Sequence record: HM035025
Source: Shigella phage Shfl2
DNA: 64,000 bases
Strand: one strand, 5' to 3'
Shown here: positions 58,266-64,000 of the stretch, in pieces
Numbering within the stretch: the first letter of the stretch is position 1
Layout: every line of letters starts with the position of its first letter
Made by a program: the position numbers and the translations under genes
The notes under the pieces: generated by a model
What the model was told of the DNA's origin: nothing
What the model saw: the letters and a program-made list of their open reading frames with translations, nothing else
Databases searched by the model: none

Positions 58266-58452
58266 AGTAATCTAGTGGTAAGAGAGTACGATATATTTCA
58301 AACTTTGGTCCTTTTTCATAGGCATCAAATGTTTCTGTAAATTTATTATAAGCGTATGCATCTACAAATTCGAGAATGACTTGTGATACAGAAGTAGAAA
58401 CATCTCCACCTTCTTTTTGAGCAATGACAATTGTTTCTAAGTAAGCTTTCAT
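58264..58452 (-). CDS. alt.1: Hypothetical protein, 62 aa (T4 alt.1 position)
   Basis: Track ORF; synteny between alt and gene 30. Confidence 0.6.
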   Translation of the reverse strand: MKAYLETIVIAQKEGGDVSTSVSQVILEFVDAYAYNKFTETFDAYEKGPKFEIYRTLLPLDY

Positions 58453-59912
58453 AGACCAGTTACCTCATGAAAATCACCAAATACATCCTCGAATGTATTA
58501 GCTTTAGTTTTATCTTCACGTAAACGAATCGCAATCGGAAGAAATAATTTAACGTAATCAGTGCGGCCATCAGATTTTAACCAACCGTTGCATTCGCACT
58601 CTAGAATTTTTCCAATATAATAATTTTGGTTTTCCATAATGCGAGTACGGTCAAGCTCATGTGATTTTACGCCGGCTTTATCTTTTAAGCCTGAACCAGC
58701 ATTTACTTTAATTTTTCCACACTCTGACTCAAGAATAAATCCACCCGCTTTGGTAGGGTCTTTACGGTGAGGATAAATTCCTACAATTTTTAAATCAACA
58801 TCAATTACTTCTTTAAATTTATAAAGATTTTTTGAACGAGCATTTTCCCATAATCCATCGATATTTTTGAGAATAATACCTTCAAGACCTTGGTCAATAT
58901 ACTTTTTATAAATTACCTTAGCTTCATCTAGGTTATTTACTATCTGGTTTTCAATTAAAATTACTTTATCATAACCTGATGTCATTTGTTCTAGTTTAGA
59001 AAAACGTACATCATATTTCAAACGAAATGCAGGAAGACCGTATATTTCTACCAACGGGACATAATCCCAGACCTGAAACTTCATGCATTTGGCTTCTTTT
59101 TCGGAAATGGTTCCTTTTAAGGATTTATTGGCGATTCCATTAGAAGCAGTACGAGATTCCGCTACTTCGGCGAATTCTTTAGCTTTACTAATTTCAGGAT
59201 AAGCATCAAAAAGAAAATCTAGGCCTTCTGGTTCCTTTTTAACTTGCTCATGGTATACCAATTCGCCATCAATTAACACACCTTCTGGATGAATCTGACG
59301 AGCTTCAGCAGTCATTTTAATTAACTCTTCCTTAAGAAGATCTAATCCTAGATATTCATTACCAGCTCGTGATAAAAGACGAACATCATCTAATTCATCA
59401 CCTCTAACTTCAGCAAAACACCGAGCTCCATCTGCTTTTAACTGCGCAAAGGCTGGAAACTTGATATTCTTATTAATGCCTTTTTCATCATAAGAACTTG
59501 CCAGCATTTGAGGTTGTTCAGGAATTAAACCTGGCCAAACTTTGTTTGCAATAGATACTGAAGCACCGCATTCAAGGTCTCGCATCATCACTCGACGCAA
59601 AACTTCAACATCATCTTTTTTACCGTCAGCAATATATCCAGTCAATTCCTCAATTGCCGCATTTCCAGTCAATTTCCGAGTAGCTAATGTGAATTCAATG
59701 AAGTCAAGCATATCGGTAAGAGTCAACATTCCAAAACTCTGGGTAGCAATACCAGGTTTAGGCCATTTCTTGATATAATACTGTAACCCACGAGAATAAG
59801 TCAGACGATATACTCGTTTAAGCAATTCATTATCTTTATTCTTTTCAAGAATTGCTTGCTTCTGCTTAGTTGAACCAATAGATGCTATTTCATTCAGAAT
59901 TTTAAGAATCAT
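58449..59912 (-). CDS. 30: Gp30 ATP-dependent DNA ligase, 487 aa
   Basis: Matches recalled T4 DNA ligase; adenylation motif KADGARC; length 487 aa. Confidence 0.95.
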   Translation of the reverse strand: MILKILNEIASIGSTKQKQAILEKNKDNELLKRVYRLTYSRGLQYYIKKWPKPGIATQSFGMLTLTDMLDFIEFTLATRKLTGNAAIEELTGYIADGKKDDVEVLRRVMMRDLECGASVSIANKVWPGLIPEQPQMLASSYDEKGINKNIKFPAFAQLKADGARCFAEVRGDELDDVRLLSRAGNEYLGLDLLKEELIKMTAEARQIHPEGVLIDGELVYHEQVKKEPEGLDFLFDAYPEISKAKEFAEVAESRTASNGIANKSLKGTISEKEAKCMKFQVWDYVPLVEIYGLPAFRLKYDVRFSKLEQMTSGYDKVILIENQIVNNLDEAKVIYKKYIDQGLEGIILKNIDGLWENARSKNLYKFKEVIDVDLKIVGIYPHRKDPTKAGGFILESECGKIKVNAGSGLKDKAGVKSHELDRTRIMENQNYYIGKILECECNGWLKSDGRTDYVKLFLPIAIRLREDKTKANTFEDVFGDFHEVTGL

Positions 59913-60178
59913 TGTTCATCCTTTAGAGTTTGGTTTACAGCTCTATTATAAATCAATTCATCATTAAGCTCAGGCAAAGACTTATGATATGTAGTTCTAA
60001 CTTTATTTCCTTGCATCCAGTGCTTGACGTAAATGAAACCTTGCTCTACACATTTTTTAAAAATTCGTTCGTCTTTTTGAGCTCGGAATTCTGGATTGCA
60101 TCTAAAAAATTGATTTACGTGACCGTAATCACGTGTAGTATTACCTTCATTTTCATAAATAGTGTGAACAACAAACAT
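59909..60178 (-). CDS. 30.1: Hypothetical protein, 89 aa
   Basis: Track ORF; first of nine ORFs between gene 30 and rIII, matching T4 30.1-30.9 by count and order. Confidence 0.65.
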   Translation of the reverse strand: MFVVHTIYENEGNTTRDYGHVNQFFRCNPEFRAQKDERIFKKCVEQGFIYVKHWMQGNKVRTTYHKSLPELNDELIYNRAVNQTLKDEQ

Positions 60179-61047
60179 TAGAATGCTCCTTGGAAAATAT
60201 TATCACCACTACCACTAGTAAGTCTATTAAAATACCCTGCATCACCAGGCTTAGTATAACTCCACGTATGAAATGGATTCATATGATACGGGTGTGTATA
60301 ATATGGATTATATGGATGTGTATAATATGGATTATACGGATTAAATCCAGGAGTTCTCCAGGTAGTGTTCCAACGAAAAGAATCGTTTTTAACCATCTTC
60401 TCAATTACATCTTTTATAGCTTTTTCACTATCAAAACTTTCTTTATTTTCCTTCGGTGAAAAAAGCTTATTTTCTACATCATTCCATGTATAAACTCGCT
60501 GCGCAGTTTTTGGAATATTGTCACGCTCTCCTCGAGCCATCCAATAAACAGGAACATTTAATATTTCACTCGCATGATCGCAGTGGTAAGCAAGATCGTC
60601 AATGTAACAAATTACGTTATATTTCTCTTTTGCCTTTTTGAACAACTCTTCTTTTGAAGAATCATGACCACACATCATTACTTCTGAGAAGGCACCAGGA
60701 AAAAGAGCATTCAAATTAAATTGACGATTCAACAGAGCGTCAATAGAATCACCCAATGCTGTAACAGCTACAAAATTATAATCTTCTTTTAATTTGTTAA
60801 TTACACACAGTGCATCTTTATATGGAGACAAATAACGAATAAAATCTGATCGATTATATTTTTCAATTAACTTGACACCAAGTTCTTCATCACAATTAAA
60901 GAGTTTACCCGGAGAAATAAATTTCTCATCTTGGATCATTTTTAAAATATGTTCTAACGGAAGATTATATTTCTGAGCAAAATAAGGAAGGCCTGATTGC
61001 CAGCTTAAACATACTCCATCAATATCAGTCAAAATAGTAGGCTTCAT
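60178..61047 (-). CDS. 30.2: HAD-like hydrolase-fold protein with C-terminal Pro/Tyr-rich tandem repeat, 289 aa
   Basis: N-terminal DIDGV motif (HAD DxDG); C-terminal NPYNPYYTHPYNPYYTHPY. Confidence 0.65.
   Translation of the reverse strand: MKPTILTDIDGVCLSWQSGLPYFAQKYNLPLEHILKMIQDEKFISPGKLFNCDEELGVKLIEKYNRSDFIRYLSPYKDALCVINKLKEDYNFVAVTALGDSIDALLNRQFNLNALFPGAFSEVMMCGHDSSKEELFKKAKEKYNVICYIDDLAYHCDHASEILNVPVYWMARGERDNIPKTAQRVYTWNDVENKLFSPKENKESFDSEKAIKDVIEKMVKNDSFRWNTTWRTPGFNPYNPYYTHPYNPYYTHPYHMNPFHTWSYTKPGDAGYFNRLTSGSGDNIFQGAF
60288..60338. repeat. Tandem 24-nt direct repeat inside 30.2 coding region
   Basis: GTGTATAATATGGATTATA core repeated twice on plus strand, encoding the duplicated octapeptide. 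Confidence 0.6.
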
Positions 61048-61508
61048 AGAGAGTCTCTTAATAGGTTTAACACATCAATAAATTCAGCTTCGGTTAGTAT
61101 TGTATCATCTTTTGTTAGACCACTAGCCATGCTGTGCTTCAAAACTTTTCCTTTCGAGGCTTGTAATGCATCGCGAAAGCCCTTGTTTTGGAACGCTGCT
61201 TCAAAATATGCATTTGTGTATAATTCTTTCCACGCCGGGGAGTATCTTGAAAACGGAACTCCAATCCAGAAGAGGGTCCCACGGTCCTGAGCTCTTGCAT
61301 AAGACCTTCCAGCTTGTTGGGCGGCAAGCCCGGATAATCCAAATATACGACGTTGTTGTTCAACATTTTTCACCTTGCATCCTTGGAGGAATCCTTCAAG
61401 ACCTCCAAATTGAATACCATCCATGACGAAAGGCCATTGGGCGAAATTGCTTAATGCACATGATGGCCATCTAAAATTGCTTCTAATCTCTAACTCAGAC
61501 ATTTTCAA
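61044..61508 (-). CDS. 30.3: NADAR/YbiA-like domain protein, 154 aa; candidate ADP-ribosyl-guanine hydrolase
   Basis: Segment LSNFAQWPFVMDGIQFGGLEGFLQGCKV resembles the YbiA/NADAR core (FSNFAAWP...DG...SEHYFQAQKF, recalled); locally elevated GC. Confidence 0.55.
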   Translation of the reverse strand: MKMSELEIRSNFRWPSCALSNFAQWPFVMDGIQFGGLEGFLQGCKVKNVEQQRRIFGLSGLAAQQAGRSYARAQDRGTLFWIGVPFSRYSPAWKELYTNAYFEAAFQNKGFRDALQASKGKVLKHSMASGLTKDDTILTEAEFIDVLNLLRDSL

Positions 61509-61701
61509 TACTTATAATTTCAACATCAGCCCAATGACCATAGCAAGGAAGACGAAATTCAACTGGCCAGTTAGGGTCCTTTTCTAATATAATAGACTGA
61601 ACTTGTGGCTCTTCATATTCATCGGTATACGGACCTTTATACGTTACTTTATATGTGACCTTAATGTACTGAATTCCAAAAATCTTATTAATTATATTCA
61701 T
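61495..61701 (-). CDS. 30.4: Hypothetical protein, 68 aa
   Basis: Track ORF; synteny. Confidence 0.55.
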   Translation of the reverse strand: MNIINKIFGIQYIKVTYKVTYKGPYTDEYEEPQVQSIILEKDPNWPVEFRLPCYGHWADVEIISIENV

Positions 61702-61895
61702 ACTAATTCCTTTAATCCATAGATGGGAGATAATTCATCACCCATACGAAGGTCTTCATTTCCATCTACCCAGGAAACAATATAAGCCTCTTTTATTTGA
61801 ATACCACTCCATTTAAATGGAGGTAGAACCTTAGAAATTAATCCAGGTATACCAACTCCCTTTAATTCAACAGTTTGACCCAAAAAGAATTTCAT
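61698..61895 (-). CDS. 30.5: Hypothetical protein, 65 aa
   Basis: Track ORF; synteny. Confidence 0.55.
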   Translation of the reverse strand: MKFFLGQTVELKGVGIPGLISKVLPPFKWSGIQIKEAYIVSWVDGNEDLRMGDELSPIYGLKELV

Positions 61896-62182
61896 TAGAA
61901 CCTCATCTGAAAGCCGTGTGATTTAACATTACCACCGCCAATATCAGAAATGTTAATTTCACTCGCAATTGAAGGGTCAATGTCAATTTCACGATTGAGT
62001 TTAGTGATAGCTAAAGTATCACGCCCATTTACTGTACGGAATTCTAAAGGACATACCACATCAACGTAATTTTTAATCGATTCACTGGTAGGTTGCAAAT
62101 GTGCAGGAAGGTCTTTGGGCGCCTTAGAGAAAACCACTTCACAAAAATTTTTGCGGGTATCAAAATAAGTAGTCATAAACAT
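61895..62182 (-). CDS. 30.6: Hypothetical protein, 95 aa
   Basis: Track ORF; GAGGA RBS; synteny. Confidence 0.6.
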   Translation of the reverse strand: MFMTTYFDTRKNFCEVVFSKAPKDLPAHLQPTSESIKNYVDVVCPLEFRTVNGRDTLAITKLNREIDIDPSIASEINISDIGGGNVKSHGFQMRF

Positions 62183-62198
62183 AATATTTTCCTCAGTA

Positions 62199-62214
62199 AG
62201 GGGCCGAAGCCCCT
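62199..62214. repeat. Third copy of hairpin element AGGGGCCGAAGCCCCT
   Basis: Identical 16-mer also at 1210-1225 and 41132-41147. Confidence 0.6.
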
Positions 62215-62223
62215 CATTTTATT

Positions 62224-62589
62224 TTAAATATCAAATTCGTTAAGAACTACATCAAAGATTGCTTCGAGATGTTCAGGTTTAGCTCGGTTACTCAGGATAT
62301 GACGAATCCAAGTTTTAACCAGAAGTTTACGATTAACACCGTTCCAGCAAGGATGAGTACCTAAATCACGCTGACGGAAATCATCATCTAATGCAATTTT
62401 GAAGTTGGAACCTTCCATCGTGATTGAAACCGTGATGCCATTTTCAAATCGCATATAAACGTAGTTAGGAGTCATATACTGCTCAATTTCGCATACTGAT
62501 CCATTTTGATGTTTCCAAAGGCAGATGGTATCAATAGAACCTGCAATACCATTAGAAACATATTTACGTTCAAAGTTAATGTAGTTCAT
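62224..62589 (-). CDS. 30.7: Hypothetical protein, 121 aa
   Basis: Track ORF; synteny. Confidence 0.6.
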   Translation of the reverse strand: MNYINFERKYVSNGIAGSIDTICLWKHQNGSVCEIEQYMTPNYVYMRFENGITVSITMEGSNFKIALDDDFRQRDLGTHPCWNGVNRKLLVKTWIRHILSNRAKPEHLEAIFDVVLNEFDI

Positions 62590-62599
62590 TTTTATTCTC

Positions 62600-62657
62600 C
62601 GAGATGTTTAATTGCGGTACAGGTATATAATATCATATCCTGTACCAAAGTAAACAA
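62600..62657 (-). promoter_or_regulatory. T4 early promoter (GTTTAC -35, TATTAT -10) with 8-bp inverted repeat GGTACAGG/CCTGTACC bracketing the -10
   Basis: Reverse complement reads ttGTTTACtttggtacaggatatgaTATTATatacctgtacc. Confidence 0.5.
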
Positions 62658-62990
62658 TTATTTTACTACTTTCCAATGCTTCATGTCAAGTTTACCAACT
62701 TTTTTCATCTTCTCAATTAAGCGTTCGGCACGTTGGCGAGCTGTAACATAATACCATTCACCTAATTCATTTTGTTCAATTTTTCCAACGATTACTGTAT
62801 TCAATTCATAAATCCAACCGGTAAAGAAATTATGAACTTGAATTGTAAAGGTGAAATCTGTTCCCATACCTTCTGTTGTTTCTACTTCAATAATATCACC
62901 TTCAACTGCCATTAAGAACCACATAGTTTCATCATATGCACCGTTGAAGCATTTAGTTTTAACCGCAGCGTTCAGATTAATCGTTTTCAT
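62658..62990 (-). CDS. 30.8: Hypothetical protein, 110 aa
   Basis: Track ORF; GGAGAA RBS; synteny. Confidence 0.6.
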   Translation of the reverse strand: MKTINLNAAVKTKCFNGAYDETMWFLMAVEGDIIEVETTEGMGTDFTFTIQVHNFFTGWIYELNTVIVGKIEQNELGEWYYVTARQRAERLIEKMKKVGKLDMKHWKVVK

Positions 62991-63004
62991 TTTATTCTCC
63001 TTTG

Positions 63005-63060
63005 TTTGTGTAAGATAATACTATCACAAAGGAGCTATACTGTAAACAACTTTATGCAAT
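63005..63060 (-). promoter_or_regulatory. T4 early promoter (GTTTACA -35, TAGTAT -10)
   Basis: Reverse complement reads aaagttGTTTACAgtatagctcctttgtgaTAGTATtatc. Confidence 0.5.
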
Positions 63061-63070
63061 CTTTGGAAAA

Positions 63071-63097
63071 TAAAAAAGGACTCCCGAAGGAGTCCTC
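63071..63097 (-). terminator. Rho-independent terminator AGGACUCC-UUCG-GGAGUCCU plus U-tract after 30.9
   Basis: Hairpin at 63078-63097; A-tract 63072-63077 on plus gives U-tract on minus. Confidence 0.65.
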
Positions 63098-63100
63098 AAC

Positions 63101-63277
63101 TTATGCTTTCTGCTTACCAAAACGAGAAGCATCATCTCGAAGAACCGCACGTGCTCGGCGCATGATCTTCTCAACAGTTTGATTGATACGAGAGTTCGAC
63201 CCACGCTTGTAGCCAGCGCGTTTAGAATCACCAACTTTCTTTTCAACTGCTTTCTTTGCTTTAACTTGTTTTGCCAT
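63101..63277 (-). CDS. 30.9: Small basic protein, 58 aa
   Basis: Track ORF 63101..63319 trimmed to internal ATG (MAKQVKAKKAVEKK...); Lys/Arg-rich. Confidence 0.5.
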   Translation of the reverse strand: MAKQVKAKKAVEKKVGDSKRAGYKRGSNSRINQTVEKIMRRARAVLRDDASRFGKQKA

Positions 63278-63522
63278 TATAAATTCTCTTTTAAATGAAA
63301 ATGCAGGACTTATTGGCATTGCCTGCGCAAGCCCTCAAGGGGAACATAGGTTTTTGGGTATTTAACGACCAGGATAACCATAAACCCGTCATCATTCACA
63401 TTCAAGAGGTACACCATAAAACTGCCGGGGTCTTAAAACTATAATGATTCGTAAATCATTAATCAGACAGTTCGATGGCTCCTCGATTTTAGCTCACACT
63501 AAGGCAGTGAATCTCCAATAAA

Positions 63523-63771
63523 TTACTTCAATGTTACCACAAAGTGACGAACTGCTTTTCGTGCAGCAGAAGCCAAAGGCTTAGCATATTTAAGTTCATC
63601 TTTTTCCTGAAGCTCAGCAGCTAATGCAGTTTGAGCAGGATTCAGATGTTTGAAATAACGCAGGATTTCAAGAGCTTCGGCTTCAACATCAATAGATGCG
63701 CCATAGTTTTCGTGACCATTATTCCATGCGTTTCGTTGCAGTTCAAGAGCGTGTTGTAATTGTTTAATCAT
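63523..63771 (-). CDS. rIII: RIII lysis-inhibition accessory protein, 82 aa
   Basis: Sequence MIKQLQHALELQRNAWNNGHENYGASIDVEAE... and 82-aa length match T4 rIII. Confidence 0.85.
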   Translation of the reverse strand: MIKQLQHALELQRNAWNNGHENYGASIDVEAEALEILRYFKHLNPAQTALAAELQEKDELKYAKPLASAARKAVRHFVVTLK

Positions 63772-64000
63772 TTAAAAATTCTCGTTAGAGATTAAAACCC
63801 GGTAGTCACGTTCTTCTGAATTTCATCTTCTTTCGACAGATCTCTCAGTTGTAGACTACCACATAGAATTGTTCGGTTAACTTATTATTCCGACACCCAA
63901 TTCATATTATTATTTATATCACTTATAAAGACACGGAATAGCTTTATAGTGACAGGTAACAAATTTTTGTTTAATTTCCTTTGGCTGCTTAAGACCCAGA

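Noticed and set aside
63052-63246. Track ORF 63052..63246 (-), 64 aa
   Set aside because: Alternative frame overlapping the 30.9 ORF and its terminator; the basic 58-aa frame is the better call.

Overview
This window is a T4-type (Tevenvirinae) myovirus segment in standard T4 map orientation. Gene calls rest on my recollection of T4 protein sequences and lengths plus synteny; no database search was run. From left to right it contains: (i) a non-T4 accessory module of small membrane proteins, a 200-aa protein and a PspA/IM30-like coiled-coil protein (1-2400, minus strand); (ii) an IPIII-like internal head protein, a putative stable-RNA region and a cluster of 10 minus-strand tRNAs (T4 carries 8; Tyr and Asn are extra); (iii) a variable IPI locus with a novel CTS-bearing internal protein and a 3-gene early operon; (iv) genes 57B (Acb1), 57A, 1, 3, 2, 4 on the minus strand; (v) the plus-strand late block 53, 5, 5.1, 5.4, 6-12, wac, 13-20, 67, 68, 21-24; (vi) rnlB, 24.2, 24.3, hoc, inh, segD, uvsW, uvsW.1, uvsY; (vii) baseplate hub and tail genes 25, 26, 51, 27, 28, 29, 48, 54; (viii) alt.-3, two tandem Alt-type ADP-ribosyltransferase genes, alt.1, DNA ligase (30), 30.1-30.9 and rIII. 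Regulatory signals are T4-like: TATAAATA late promoters (two divergent pairs), sigma70-like early promoters, MotA-box middle promoters and GC-rich tetraloop hairpin terminators. The supplied ORF track accepts TTG/GTG starts, so several N-termini were trimmed to ATG codons with Shine-Dalgarno support. The most likely sites of undescribed biology are the left-end membrane/PspA-like module, the variable IPI locus, the extra tRNAs, the Alt paralogue and the NADAR-like 30.3.
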